DNA from: Octopus bimaculoides
Lineage: Eukaryota
NCBI RefSeq assembly: GCF_001194135.2
Contig: NC_068983.1
Coordinates: 76,126,321 to 76,190,320 of the forward strand
DNA length: 64,000 bases
Direction of reading: 5' to 3'
The notes under the pieces are model-generated. The model ran no database searches, was not told the DNA's origin, and was given only the letters and a program-made list of their open reading frames with translations. Position numbers and translations under genes: made by a program. Positions 26,659 to 41,368 of the stretch are shown here, piece by piece. How positions within the stretch are numbered: the stretch's first letter is position 1; every line of letters starts with the position of its first letter.

Positions 26659-26880
26659 GTAAGGCAACGTGAACAAATTCGTACATCCGGGAATCAACCA
26701 TATAGGTCACTATTTAAATTAAAATGTCTTATTTTTTCTTGTCAATATTTCCCCAGTTTCCTAGGAGACAGTAAATTGGCAGGTCGTCTGAACATTGCAT
26801 ACACTATCACGCAGTATTTCTCGTCGAGGCCAACATTGTCTCTCATCTTTTCGGGATCGATAAAAATATTCTCAATCCAG

Positions 26881-27032
26881 GCAGCTGTGGATTGATGAGA
26901 CTCGTAGAGGATTGCACAAGATGCAGCATTTGACTCGGCTATTGGGTTCTGATGATGACGCCTCAGAAAACACTGGTGCCAAGATGTATTGGTTGGAATC
27001 TTGGACGTTCGGAAAACGTTTTGCCCAGGATT
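26881..27032 (+). CDS. Candidate exon (QLWIDETRRGLHKMQHL...WTFGKRFAQD)
   Basis: GC-elevated unique sequence, acceptor ttctcaatccag|, donor gatt|gtacgt, 50 open codons. Confidence 0.22.
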
Positions 27033-27698
27033 GTACGTACAAGTGTTAATGGAGGTTTAACCTTGATCAAGGGATGCCCTATACGTATTTTCCTAGTTTT
27101 AATTTCATTTCGTGACTTTCAAGCAAATAAGAAATTGAAACTATTTTGAAAAGTAGACTTTGATTTGAAACAAAGATAATTTTAAAACAGAATTTGATAG
27201 TTAGCAGCCATACAAAAATTGTGAGAAACGTTTGCAAAGTAGAGTCGTGGAAGATATTGGAAACCTGCGATGTCGGTAAATATTACCGAAATACGCAATT
27301 TAGATATTAAGTGGATACAAGCTATGGAAACAGATTATATGTACATAGTTATTATTTGAGACAGCATACGTTCTTTAGTATCTTCGAAACATAGACTTTA
27401 ACATTTAGACTATATATAATCATATAATATACATTTTTAAATTTACAAACTAAAGAGATTTTAGCGTGTAGAATATCTGTGTAAACTATATACGCATATT
27501 CTTGTCTCTACATGCTGAATTCAGTGTGTAGTTGCATATACAGATTCTAAAAGATTCATCTCAAAATGAAGAGATAATTTTAGTTCATAAAATGTAAAAA
27601 AAGAAGAAGACAAACTATAATCAAAAGATATTTTACACAGATATAGTCTATAGATGAATTCAGATATCCTTAAGTCATTGCTAACATATTTATTACAG

Positions 27699-27739
27699 TG
27701 AGGAATAGATTTTTAATTAATCACAACACTCCGTGCAGT
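27699..27739 (+). CDS. Candidate exon (L-RNRFLINHNTPCS)
   Basis: Branch-like ctaac plus ttattacag| acceptor, donor agt|gtaagg; only one frame open. Confidence 0.2.
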
Positions 27740-28519
27740 GTAAGGAAGACATTAGCTCAAAGCTTATGTTTGATCAAAGGAAGTAGAAACGATATTGCCA
27801 AATCTGAATAATTTAAATTAGAATTACGCATACGGGGCGAGGAGTATTAAGCGCTGTACATTTTTACGAGGGCTAATATCAATTAAATCTTGAAAAGCAC
27901 GTGACAAACTTTGCCATGTTTCAGTCTTACTAGATCACCTCTGATAACCATATTTCGGTGCACATAAGAATAGTATTAAGAAAAATAACTAAATAGCTGT
28001 ACGATAACGCATTCATTTTAACAACAATTTACTTATTGTTTTTTACATCCACACACACATACACACTTAGGTACCTATGCCTACATACAAACACACACAC
28101 ACACATATGAACACACACACATAGACACCCATATACGCAATATATTCGTACAAATATATATATAATGCGCTCACACATAACCATAGAAAAATCATATATG
28201 CTGTGGCAGGTGACTTAAAGATAGAATCTATGAAAGCTAATTTTGCATTGTTCTGTATTAAAACATTGACACTAGATTTTTTTTCTTCTTTTGCTTTCCC
28301 GTAAGACGAGGATTTAAACTCAGAGCACAGATGAATCAGATACCTCATCACCAATCCGTGCAAATCGAGATAATCAGGCTAAAACTATTCACGTCAACTC
28401 ATCTGTAACACTCAATAAATATAAGGAAGACAGGTTCTAAAAGATCAGGCTGTTATCTTCAAGTTTAGATTCATTCAACTATCATTTACTAGACAATTCA
28501 TTTTGCCGTTTCTTCTTAG

Positions 28520-28555
28520 TTGTTGCAGTTGCTCTTTAGCGCTATGTCAGCTCAG
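28520..28555 (+). CDS. Candidate exon (LLQLLFSAMSAQ)
   Basis: Acceptor gtttcttcttag|, donor cag|gtgagc. Confidence 0.22.
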
Positions 28556-28767
28556 GTGAGCAGCTTTATGATCAAAACCAGTTTGGCCATCTTAATCTCC
28601 ACCTTAACGCAGCCATAACGTCTTCAAGAATACACTTACCATTATGTCCTTCCCATTTTTAGAGTCATTAATGAACTATTTGACAATTACTTCTATCAGA
28701 CTGAATGACTACGAGGAGGTTTCTTTTGGTGCTTGCGAAGTTCTTTCTCTGTCTCAGTTTGTCACAG

Positions 28768-28889
28768 ATAAAACCCAGAAGGCTGCATATTAATTCTTAT
28801 CATAATCCATTTAGCATGGTGTTATTCCCCGTCTATATCATATTGAAATCTCTGCGGACGTTGAACTTAACATGTCAATCACACCAAGT
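28768..28889 (+). CDS. Candidate exon (IKPRRLHINSYHNPFSMVLFPVYIILKSLRTLNLTCQSHQ)
   Basis: Acceptor ctttctctgtctcagtttgtcacag|, donor agt|gtaagt, 40 open codons. Confidence 0.2.
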
Positions 28890-29761
28890 GTAAGTGAAAA
28901 ATTATTTGCATGTGCAAATAATTGTATTCTGAAATATGAAACAATCTTCGAGCGTATGAATAATCTCCCGTTACTTCAACCAATGTAATTGTATTTTAAT
29001 TTGTATTCTATGTAACATTTAAATACCACGAACATTTAAAAGTGCAATAAATATATATTAAGAATAATTGTTCGCAATTTCTTATATATGAAGTAAGAAT
29101 TCAAACTAATTTGCATATGTCAGCAACTAAATGAAATCTCAAATATAAATTTAGTTGAAATATTAAAAATGGAGCATTGATTGAAACGTCCATATATTAA
29201 ATAGAAGAATAGAAATTAAAGCTTGCATGCATTAGATAAAAGAAGAGATCTTTAAATGTAGATGAGATACAAGAATAGATATTAAAAACTGAGAAGAATA
29301 ATTAAACTTATATGTATAAATGATGTAGATATAACATAAGCTATACAGATTAATAAACAAGATTGAAACAGAATATTATTTATGAATTATATAAGCGCTC
29401 AGAGCAGAATTAAATGCGAAGGAAGAAACAATAACTGTTGTTATTCATACATCGGTTACATCAAAAATAAGCTAAAGTTTTAATATAATCAATCGCAAGG
29501 GAGGTAATATGAGAAGGCTCGAGGGAAAAGCAAGCAAAACAATTACATCATTTAGAATTCATTATCTAAATTGCACTCAAAGGCATACACACACGCACGT
29601 CTCTACACATTAACACATTCACAAATGCGTATACATTTTCTGTCTCTATAAAAATACTTACACACATATGAATTTAGACTCGCGTAAACGTACATATTCA
29701 TTTAATAACGTAATGCTGTTATTCTACTGTGCTTAAATTGCTTAATTATATAAAAGAAAAA

Positions 29762-29762
<1 letters not shown>

Positions 29763-29832
<70 letters not shown>
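29763..29832. repeat. (CTAT)n microsatellite
   Basis: Direct observation; no element inserted. Confidence 0.95.
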
Positions 29833-30127
29833 GTAGCTGTCTGTCTGCCGGTCTGTCTGTCTACACACATATATGCATATGCATCTCTCTTCCTCCCATC
29901 CCCTTCTCTCTCTATATATGTATATGTATGTATATTACGCGTGTGTGTGCATATACATGGAGGTTGTTTATACTTCTATAACGAATATGTATTTCTATAT
30001 ATATATATGCGTATATATTTACACATACATATATACACATATACAATAAATTCCTTTATAAAATGTTATGTATATACACATACGCATGTATAAATACATA
30101 AGAATAATATTATGTGTATATGTATGT

Positions 30128-30186
<59 letters not shown>

Positions 30187-30225
30187 CATATATGTATATA
30201 TCTGTATGTAAATGGAAATATATAC

Positions 30226-30263
30226 CTGATATCCTTTGGAGAAATGGGGGAAGAAGGCGTTGT
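30226..30263 (-). CDS. Candidate internal exon ([14 protein letters not shown])
   Basis: Acceptor gtactttgtttactcag|, donor cag|gtatat. Confidence 0.27.
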
Positions 30264-31229
30264 CTGAGTAAACAAAGTACTAATCGAATGCAGATAAGCT
30301 TTTTCACACGCATCAACAGAAGCAAACATAGAAGAACACACGAACTGACACCAATATTATTAAACGCAGTGGTATATGTGTGCATATGGTCCATATGTGT
30401 ATGTATTTGGCCGTCTCGAAATAGAGAATAATAATAAGAAAAAATGGAGAACAACAGAACCAATACAGACCTTGTCCGAATAACAAGTATATTTAATTTT
30501 GTAAACGATCCATTTACCCAACTATCCGTTCATGCCTCCATCTGTCTATCCCTATTTTCTATCTATGCAGATCTGTTGTTTAAATATACTTGTATGTGCA
30601 CAGATACACACATACATACGCACATATACATGCACACACACATGCAGTTATACTTACCGTTAATTTTCTTCTAACAACATGACCAGATGTCATGACTCTC
30701 GTCTTCTCAAAGACGACTTGTAAAAGTGTTCATTGTTGATCTCTATGCACAGTAAAAACAGAGGAGCGAAGTTGGGGAGGGCATGAAGTATGAAAGTAGT
30801 GAGAATGTTTGTTAAGATATAGATGTTAATCTTGCTAATAAGAATATAAAACAAAGGAACATTGTGTACCGTTAATCTTCCCACATTTTCTCTACTACCA
30901 CCACTAAATATCTCAAAAGTTTTATTGTCATTTCATATATCATAACATTGTAATGGACTTATTCTTTTTACCTAACTTCCTCTCAGTTATGTTAATTTTT
31001 TATGTATTATACTTTGATTAATGTGAATCTTCACTGGAACACTCGCACAATGATCCGAGTGGTGGAATAAGACGGAGAACCACGTATCTGCAAAGCAAAT
31101 TTCTTAAGCACTGGCGTGTGGAAAATATAAGGTAAACATGAGTAACAACAGTTACAGCTGCAGCATTAGTACCAGTATATTCACAACAACAGTAATCTTT
31201 ATTACTATGGGCACAAGACGTTAAATTAT

Positions 31230-31390
31230 GATGGGGTTGGTGCTAGCTGCATTTCAACAATCCCAGTGCTCAACTGTAACTTATTTCATCGTTACCAAAA
31301 GGATGAAACGCAAAGTCAACTTTAAACTCAGAACGCAAAGACGGACAAAATATCATTAATCGGTGAGCTGGTAGGATCGTTAGCACACCG
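31230..31390. mobile_element. SINE family-1 fragments: minus-strand body (31230-31355) and plus-strand 30 bp head (31361-31390)
   Basis: aaggatgaaacgcaaagtcaactttaaactcagaacg (body) and cggtgagctggtaggatcgttagcacaccg (head) match other family-1 copies. Confidence 0.7.
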
Positions 31391-32665
31391 CTGGCGGTAC
31401 CAGTCGTCGAGTATATTCTTAATGTCATCAATTGGAATTTGAATGATCTTCAGCGTATGGACATAAAGACCAGGAAACTGCTGACACTAAACAGGATGCA
31501 CCATCCAGAATCAGATATCCACACACCTTCTATCTCCCACGAAAGAAAAGCGGCAGAGGCTTAATCCAGATTGAAACAACCTATAGGACTTCAAGTGCAC
31601 ATCCAGAGTAACACCGACTGGCTGATACAGCTGGTAAGGCAACATGAACAGATTACGAAATTACACTCACTCTCAAGGGAGGCATATAAACACAGATGAG
31701 AACTTAACATGCCTGTTTATGATGATGATAAGGATGACACATCACCGACTAAGGCAGCAAAAAAAGTGTAAAACAAAAACCAAACAGGAAAACTTGAAGG
31801 AAATATCAAGACCGTGGAAGAAAAAAAAACATTGCATAGGCAATACCCCAAGCGAGCTGGGGAAGCTGATGTAGATATAAGAAGAACCCATCAGTGGCTG
31901 CAAGTGTTGGTTTGAAAGCCGAAACAGAAAGATTCATCCTAGCAGCAGAAGATCAAAGATTTCTCACCCGGGACTATCAAGCTAATGTCACCCGCAATGT
32001 CACACACAATGAGGTAATGTCACACACAATGCAATGATAAACTTGAGAGAATTTACCGCATTGTTTCTGGTTGCTCAGTCCTTGTCTCAACAGAATATAA
32101 AATCGGGCGTGATCGAGTTGACCATTACTCGCATTGGAGCCTATGCGTCACTATGGTATTCCGCCCTCTAAGAACTGGTACACACACCATCCAGATTCAG
32201 TCACTGAGGTTGAGAATGAACCTTCATATGAGATTATGGAATACATACAGACAGGAAAATAAATGTTAACAGATCAGATATCGTCATTAAATACCTATAA
32301 CAGAAAACATACCTGTTAATTGACATGACAGTACCTGCTGATAGAAACATGTCAGCAAAAGAATTTGAAAAACTATCGAAATATAAGGACCTTGAGATTG
32401 AGATATCTAGAATTTGGCAATTAAAAACCAAAACTCTTCCTGTTGTTGTAAGTGCACTGGGAATGATCATGAAAGGTACTGACAAAATTTTCGACCTGAT
32501 GCCTGGGAAACCAACAATCTATGAAACTCGAAAAAATGTGTTGACATCAACCGCTCACATTCTCAGGACGTTTCTCTCCCTTTAATATATATGTGCCTTA
32601 GGTCTCTGGTTGAGACCCGGTGAGAAGATGAAATAGAATGCAATTCAATCGGAAAATGATGATAA

Positions 32666-32728
<63 letters not shown>

Positions 32729-32740
32729 GATAATAACGAT
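31391..32740 (+). mobile_element. R4/Dong-clade RLE non-LTR retrotransposon, 5'-truncated copy 1 with (AAT)n tail
   Basis: LAVPVVEY..INWNLNDLQRMDIKTRKLL..MHHP; QWL..GLKAETE..ILAAEDQ; decayed zinc knuckle with IVSGC; RLE motif SDIVI..LLIDMTVPADRNMSAKEFEKLSKYKDLEIEISRIW (ORF 32325-32585); (AAT)n from ~32667. Confidence 0.9.
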
Positions 32741-32762
32741 AATGATGATGATGATGATGATA

Positions 32763-32824
<62 letters not shown>

Positions 32825-32884
32825 AGAAATAATACTGCTACTAATAATAATGATGATGATGATGTTAATAACAATAATAATAAA

Positions 32885-33856
<972 letters not shown>

Positions 33857-35087
33857 CGGCGAGTAAGAACATTTAGTAAATAACAAGAAAAAAAAAGAAA
33901 AACAAAAACAGAAATGAGCGAATGCTTCATTGCTGGATCGGTAATCAGGTATGTAAATATAGAGGGTTGTATGTGATATGAAAACATTACAGGAATGATC
34001 AATTTAGAAAAGTTATAACAGAGGAAGAAAAAGAAAAATTTAAATTTCTGCATCGAAATTTTCTGAAAATTATTTGTGAAAATCTAATACTACACAACAA
34101 TAGAAAATGTATATTAGCAAAAAATGCATATAAAAATAAAATGAAAAACGGCATTCGAACATGCTTAACTCATTATCTTATGAAATAATTACAAAAAGAA
34201 AAACAATCTGTGTTGAAATACTGCTAAAACTTTCTTTAGAATAATATAACCAAAGGAGTTTTAAAAACTAAAAGACATTGAAAGAGAGACGAATAGCAAA
34301 TAACATCAGAGTTGAAATTAAAAAACACTATATATGATTACACATGAAAATGAAACTTGAAAAACAAAAGTGGAACATGTGAGCAAGAATTTAAAAAAAG
34401 GAAACTAAAGAAACTGCGCAAAACAAAACATAAGCAAGCTTGCAATCAACGTCAATAATAACATTTAAGGTTAAAGAAAGCAAATGCTTGTATTTATTGC
34501 GATTGTATATCTTGTAATCAAAGGATGTAAATAACACATAGCGCCAATAACAAAAAAGCAATTTAACGTATCATTTGGAATTTTACCACCATGAACTTGC
34601 ATGTAAAGCTGCAAGAAACAAGTATTAAGTATTGTTTGAAATAAAATTCGAAGCAAATTACAATTTTTCCTACAAGAGATTCGTTTACTCCTAAACAATT
34701 TTACACTTTCTACATGTTCTATGTGTGATCCGTTCCCGAATTGGGAAGATGTACAGACATTGTTGGCAGAGATGTGTTACAAATAAAACAAAAATGAACC
34801 TATTCAGTGACACAGCAGAAATGCCCAAACTTTATTTTAAAATCACAAACAGGTATCTGTATATATATATGTATGCAACCGAATCATACCTGTCAAAATA
34901 TATAGTCTTCCATCTGGAATTAATTTTGTTTTCGATAGACATATGAACATAAATAAGGCGTAGCTATTTTATCTTTGTTACTCTGCTGTAAAACCGAAAT
35001 GTCGAGAATTTCGAATACAGCATACTTCAGTGAAAAGTACTTACAACACATTGTAAGGTGAAAAGCACCTTACCACAAATTACTTAC

Positions 35088-35146
35088 TCTTCCAATTTTG
35101 CATTTAACATTTGAAACACAGAAGGGAACCAAGATAATGTCATTAA
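35088..35146 (-). CDS. Candidate internal exon (LMTLSWFPSVFQMLNAKLE-E)
   Basis: Acceptor cttttgttgtacttgataaacag|, strong donor aga|gtaagt. Confidence 0.25.
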
Positions 35147-35233
35147 CTGTTTATCAAGTACAACAAAAGTGTAGCAGAAGGGCTTCGTGAAAAGAATGAA
35201 TTTCAAATTCCTCAAATCTTCAAAAGCACATTT

Positions 35234-35236
<3 letters not shown>

Positions 35237-35318
<82 letters not shown>
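35237..35318. repeat. (CA)n microsatellite
   Basis: Direct observation. Confidence 0.95.
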
Positions 35319-35321
<3 letters not shown>

Positions 35322-36094
35322 TAAATAGACATAAACACACACACAAATAAATAGACATAAACACACACACAAACATATGCGTACGCGCTTATTAAATCAC
35401 ACATATATTAACTCTAATCACATTAGCTGTTAGTTTTCATAGCAAGGGAAATGAATATCTTGATATGAATCAGTTTTATGTTTTCCCGTTAGTGAAATAA
35501 ATGAATATAAGTCAAGTTAGTATATAAAATTATATTTCTGTATTTGGCTTGCAAGGCATTCGGTTTGAAATTGTGTTTTGAAGCAGAGGATATACATTTG
35601 GTGGGTTTTATGTCAATAATAAACACCAGACGAACCTAGCTTCTTTATTGAATGATCAAGTGATTAATTGATTAGTTAATTGGCTAAATAGTTACGTATT
35701 TGAATAATATTAGAAAACGTCTTTTGCGTAATGACCCTCCTAAGATACAACAAAGTATGTAGTGATTAAAAGTTTATTGAATTTAATTTTTCCTAGTTTA
35801 AAAAAAAAATTTACAATGAAGCCCTTTATATTCGAAGACAGAAGAGGCTATTTCGATTTTGTACGAATCCCTTCAGTACGAATTAATTAACAATCTATTA
35901 TTTAGATTATAAAAGGCAACCATATGGAAAAGAAAGGCGAGCACAGTTATTTAATCGAGGGAATATAAATTTCGTTTATAATTCATTAGTGGTGTAGAAA
36001 GAGAAGAAATTTAAGCAAACGTGCATTTCCACTTCTTTTTTTACTACCGAAATGCTTACACATACATATACATATTGCTGTATCTCTATTTCAG

Positions 36095-36129
36095 AAGATT
36101 ACCTGCTTGCTATCAAGAGGTTGTTATTG
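36095..36129 (+). CDS. Candidate 35 bp exon (all three frames open)
   Basis: Strong acceptor gctgtatctctatttcag| and donor ttg|gtaaga. Confidence 0.25.
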
Positions 36130-36569
36130 GTAAGATTCTGAGTACATGGGCAGAGATGTTTCTTACTGATCACAAGAAAATTAGTTTTGTCGAAAAGAAA
36201 ATGTAATTCCGGTAGACGCTGCAGGATTTGGCAAGCCATGTTAAAATGCCCAATTTCAGCATTGCAGGCAACAACTTGCTAATTTTGAAAGTAAACAACT
36301 GAGGATCGAAACTGTAAATATTATACAACCAGATATCTTATGTCCGAAAACATGAGACGAGATGGACATGAGTTAAAACATTTGTTGTTGGTTATTTTAA
36401 TTTACAAAGAAAGATAATATTGTGGATATAACAAAGGTATATTAAATATCATAGAGGGAAAACTGTCGATTTATTAAAGTAATTTTCTTTTCGAGATAGA
36501 AGTAAAGAATTATAAGTAGTATTTACGATCAATTAGATATGAGAAAAGGAGAATATTTCTTTCATTGTT

Positions 36570-36770
36570 AGCACAAGCCATGAGGGAGGAGTCTAGTCGA
36601 TTACATCGACGCCAGTGCTTGACTAAGACTTATTTCATCGGCCCGGAAAGGGATGAAAGGCAAGTAGACATTGGTGCATTTATGCCCAAAATATAAAGAC
36701 GAACAAAATGTCGCTAATCATTTTGCCTGGTGTCCTAAAGATTCCACCAATTCACCACCTTAAAACTGAA
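36570..36770 (-). mobile_element. Degenerate SINE family-1 copy
   Basis: gtcgattacatcgacgccagtg...ggatgaaaggcaa...caccacctt matches the family-1 reverse complement. Confidence 0.7.
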
Positions 36771-37149
36771 ATAAATAGTCTGAAGTATTAATATTATATG
36801 ATAGAAAACTTCCTAACTATGAAAATTACTCAAAGAAATTGCTCAAAAAAAAAAATATAACAAAAATGACTGTAAAATTTATATGTATGTTTTATATAAC
36901 ATTATAACACTTCAACAACGTAATTGTAATTATTTCAGTTTCAACACTGGATTCCCAATCAAATCAATTATGAAACGAATACAATACTAGAAAATACACA
37001 GCACACACACACTCACACAGACACAGATACAGACACAGACACACACACGCGGGCGCGCGCGCACACACACACACATACGCATACATCACACACAGATTCA
37101 CACACACGTATGAAAGCACATGGGCATGAATGTGGACAATTGTACTTAC

Positions 37150-37182
37150 GAACATGTGTAGTAATGGTGAGAAATCTGGCAT
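37150..37182 (-). CDS. Candidate first coding segment (MPDFSPLLHMF) in exon 37150-37241
   Basis: Acceptor tttttttttatctttgcag| at 37241, stops in all frames before the ATG at 37182, donor ttc|gtaagt. Confidence 0.2.
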
Positions 37183-39562
37183 CTAGTTATCTAAAACTCT
37201 GTCACTACCATTTGTCACTATTAATAACAATAGGCAAACCACTGCAAAGATAAAAAAAAATCGTTGTGAGATGTTGTTGTTCATTGCCGAATAGATATCA
37301 GGACTTTGTAATCTTCCGTTAAGTATGATGTTATATTTTTCTCCTTTCAGTTGTTTGATTTTCAAATTCCTCTCTATTGTAAAAGCACTTTTTGGTTAGC
37401 TCTGTGCTTTCTGTTTAGATGTACTTCTTATCTCTGGATTTAGACCTTCTGAAAAACACTATAATCACCAAAAGTTTGTATTTGCTATCGTACACATGAA
37501 AATACACGTTTTGCATATATTATTATAGACAGTAATACAAATGCTATTATACATTTACGTTGCTATCTTTGCGTACAATTAGGCGCCTATTTGTCGTGTC
37601 TATTTATTGGATAGAGATGTATTATTATCCTCTAATAATGAGGGAATGATGTAGTTCCTCTTTATTAAGATATGCTCCAGTAGAAAATTATCAATATTCC
37701 CTCCTGTCTAATAACTGAGAAACATACAGACCTGAACTGGATAGATATTTTATAATTTGCGTCACCTGTCTCCATATGAAATCGACTAGTCCCCTACTAG
37801 ATATTGCTGCTGCTTATTTAGTGTTACCAAATTGTGTTGTAGCGTTTGGTCGCAAATATACCATTATGCCTGCCTTCTATCACGAGAGATAGAACTCAGT
37901 TTATTTTACGGAATTTACACGTATGGGAATCAAGGGACCTTGCTCTAACTTTAATTTTGAAAGTTGTTAATAAATTATTTTTGCGTTTAATAAGGGGCCA
38001 ACATTCGTTGTACTGTTAAAGGAGTTAACTTTTATCTTTTTATAACATGAAAGACTAACTTCGTGATTCCGTAATGATATACAACGTAGGCAACAAATCA
38101 TTTCTATTTTCACCAATTAATACAATATTTTTATAAAACTCATATCTAACAATGAATGAAATATCTATATTCTGGAGGGTTGTGAGTCATGTTAGGGACT
38201 GCTGTCAGACATTCTGTGCTGTTAAAGGTGACATGTTCAATATTTATGAAAAACCAACAGCAAATTATCCTGAAAAAAGGGCAATTACATAAAAGATGTA
38301 AAAATATTTTCAGCAAGCAAACTCTACTTCTACATTCTGGAGGCATAATCTTCTGCTTTACGTTTTCGTCATTCAAATTCCCCAAGAAAGGTCATTCAGA
38401 TCAGTCTTACTGATGTTATACGCTTCAGAAGATGTCAAGTTAAGAAAGAAAATAACTCTTCTGAAGGTGAAAACCTGCAAATTTTATAGCTTTTATCATT
38501 TCCGTCTTTTAACTGAAGAGGCTTAGTAAAAGATATTGATGTATTAAAGCTTATAGGAAAATGTATGATAATGCGCTATGGCATCGGAATTTAATTTTGT
38601 TACAGTAAATATTCTCGAGGTACGATGTACATAAAAAAATATACCAGCTCCTAATATGATCTAATCGTTTTTGCTTCATTTTCTCATCATCCACTTATTA
38701 AGGTTTGGTAACTTAAAGAGGCAACTTGAATAGCCAACAAAATAAACTGAAGAGGGTTATGGGAAAGCCAGTTGGAGAGGCAACATGCAGTTACTTGACT
38801 TGATAAACACAGGAGCCTACACTTGCCCAATTCATACCCTTCAGTTAAAAAAAAAGACAATTCAGTCTAAAATATGCAAACGTATAAAAGAACACTATAC
38901 TCGTGATTTCGACTGGAAATCCTCTAATCAAAGATCTTTTCGATTAGCACTAACCGGTACAACTTCAACAACAACAATAAAATTTCAGCTAATAGGCTGT
39001 CTCTTTCAGGAGGGTAGTATTTTAAATTTACCAGAGACATTGACTTAATGTTTTTACAGTAGGTTCATGAACGCATCAAGTTCGATCGGCTTGAGCAAAA
39101 TTTTAAACATAGCGAAATAGAATTAATAAGACACATCTAGTTTCATTTCTCAAGTATTATGGCTACAGATTTGCATTGTTGGTGATTATTAGAAGAAAAA
39201 ACCCCCCCCAGAAAACCTCATCCAGTACTTTAAATTGCATCACATACGCACACATACAACCACACCCACAAAAACATACATATGAACGGAAGATACATAC
39301 AAACGCGCTGACACAGACAGACATATATGTAGACTTGCAAGATATTGTTATTACTTTTTTTAATATATATTTGTTATTTTTAAGTAATCAATATTAATCA
39401 TTAAGTTCGAAAGTAGAAATCATGACAGACTACCCAACGGGAATTCATCTAATTTTTTTTTTCTCGCGCCGTTGAATGCATTATTGTAAATATGAACTAA
39501 ATAGTAAAACTACACACATATACAGAACTACATACGCATTCTCGAGTACCGCACACACACGC

Positions 39563-39605
<43 letters not shown>

Positions 39606-40029
39606 CATAAGTGCACGCACACATACAGACGTCTATGCATCTATGCTGTTCCTCTAGTATTTAGATTTAAAAAAACATTTTTGTCGTTGTAGATTTTTTG
39701 TTTGTAATTTTTGGCTTGCGAAATATGTTTTGTGTCATATTTTCCATAAATAAATACTTTTAATATATAATCTTCTTGATTGCAGACAGTTCATATCTGC
39801 TGTTGTTACAGTTGATTTTTCATATTTATTTATTTTTTGTTCATTCATCGGCAATGTTAAATGGTTTACTTCAACAAACCACCAAGTGGATATATTTATT
39901 CCACTGTGTAATGAGGTTTACATTCATCCTGATAAGTCTATATATCTTCACCTCTTTCACACACGCTTTCTCAATATTCTCACTGGTTTCACTCTATCTT
40001 CATCCTTCCATTTATAAATGTATGTAAAT

Positions 40030-40420
40030 CTGTCACAGCGCAGTGCCTACAGGCTTGAGTGTTTGCCTCATGATCGTATGACCATGAGTTCACTTCCTAA
40101 GCAACGTTTTGCAGTGTGTCCTTGAACAAAGTATTTTAATCTAATCTATGGTACTCCAGTTCATTCAGCTTTAATGAATACCAGTCAAGTCCTGGTGCAA
40201 CCCTTCTCTCTCTCCCTCCAGCTGTCATATCCAGGATATTCCATTGAGTCAAATTTGAAAGCAGCGAGAATATGTCTGTATCTACTCATGTCTGTATCTA
40301 CTCATGTCTGTATCTACTCATGTCTGTATCTACTTCATGAGTAGATACAGATATGGACACTCAAAATAATTAGTAAAGGCCTTGTACATACTATAAAAGG
40401 TATTCACTCGTGATTAGTGT
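40030..40420 (+). mobile_element. Degenerate tRNA-type SINE containing a 16 bp tandem/inverted insert
   Basis: Pol III-like head (gcagtgcctac...gagttcacttcc) followed by gtgtccttgaacaaag, a central-domain-like motif shared with the family-2 head. Confidence 0.55.
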
Positions 40421-40438
40421 TTTGCTGCACTTTTTATA

Positions 40439-40440
<2 letters not shown>

Positions 40441-40514
<74 letters not shown>

Positions 40515-40521
40515 GTCTATC
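40441..40521. repeat. (CTAT)n microsatellite, 5' flank of Tx1 fragment 1
   Basis: Direct observation. Confidence 0.95.
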
Positions 40522-41299
40522 TCGAGACCTATGGACAATCACCAGAGATTCCTGGCCTGGCAGTATTATCGAGAAGCATTGCCCGTTCGGGATAAGCTCT
40601 ATAGGCACGGTTCGAGACACACTGGACCTACTTGCCCGAGATACCGTCAGAGCGACGAAAGCGTTCTGCACGTACTCGTGCAGTTTCCAACCATTTCGGA
40701 CCTATGGGTTTATGCTGAATGGCTGCTGTCACGTGACGGTTGAATTCGGTTGTCGGCCGAATTCTATCGTGAACATTGCTCCGGCACCTTCCCTTCACCA
40801 GGAAGTCAAGTCAGTCTTTATCGTAGTGGTGGCTATGGTGAAATAATGTGTGTGGTGGACTCGAGGTTTAGAGACAAACACTGTCCTCTCTGGCCAATCG
40901 CTCATCAACATTGAAAAGGAAGGTGAGAATAGAGAGGAAAGTTTTGTCTCGTGAAAGATTCAATAAAAGGTGGCTGACTGTAGCAAAGATAGTACGCGCG
41001 AATGACGAAACCACTTTGAGCATGTTCCTGTAAATCGGAAAAAGAGAGAGCACTTTGCTCTCATGAGTTATTTTCTATCCCTGCTTGAGGTTACCGCGGT
41101 CGTTTTCGTAGGTTTTTCTTTCCACAGATAAACCTAATCTGTTTTCTATATTTTTGATATTTTCTGTGTTACACGATCCCTTTTGATCGAAAATTTATTT
41201 TTTCCTCCTCTTTTTTTCTATTTTCCAAACGAAAAGCTCTACATTGTATTTTATCCCTTCTGTCTTCGGCCCTGTGTGGCTAATAAAGAAACTTTTCTT

Positions 41300-41300
<1 letters not shown>
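40522..41300 (+). mobile_element. Tx1-clade (L1 group) LINE, 3' fragment: zinc-binding C-terminus, 3' UTR and AATAAA
   Basis: FLAWQYYREALPVRDKLYRHG..CP..DESVLHVLV..LW (zf-RVT-like), K.CVWWTR, F..RW; T-rich 3' UTR; aataaa at 41282-41287 followed by (CTAT)n. Confidence 0.85.
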
Positions 41301-41358
<58 letters not shown>

Positions 41359-41368
41359 GTATCTATCT
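41301..41368. repeat. (CTAT)n microsatellite between the Tx1 fragments
   Basis: Direct observation. Confidence 0.95.

Noticed and set aside
26740-27060. ~106-codon stop-free minus-strand frame
   Set aside because: Length is within chance expectation for a six-frame scan of 64 kb; antisense to a plus-strand candidate exon; no homology recognised.
26881-28889. Faint resemblance of the plus-strand peptide to dynein heavy chain (RLWxHE) or chitin synthase C-terminal motifs
   Set aside because: Only a few scattered residues match and the spacing and hydrophobicity disagree; no gene name assigned.
40272-40354. CRISPR-like or iteron-like array
   Set aside because: Units are contiguous with no unique spacers, in eukaryotic SINE context, with no cas genes.
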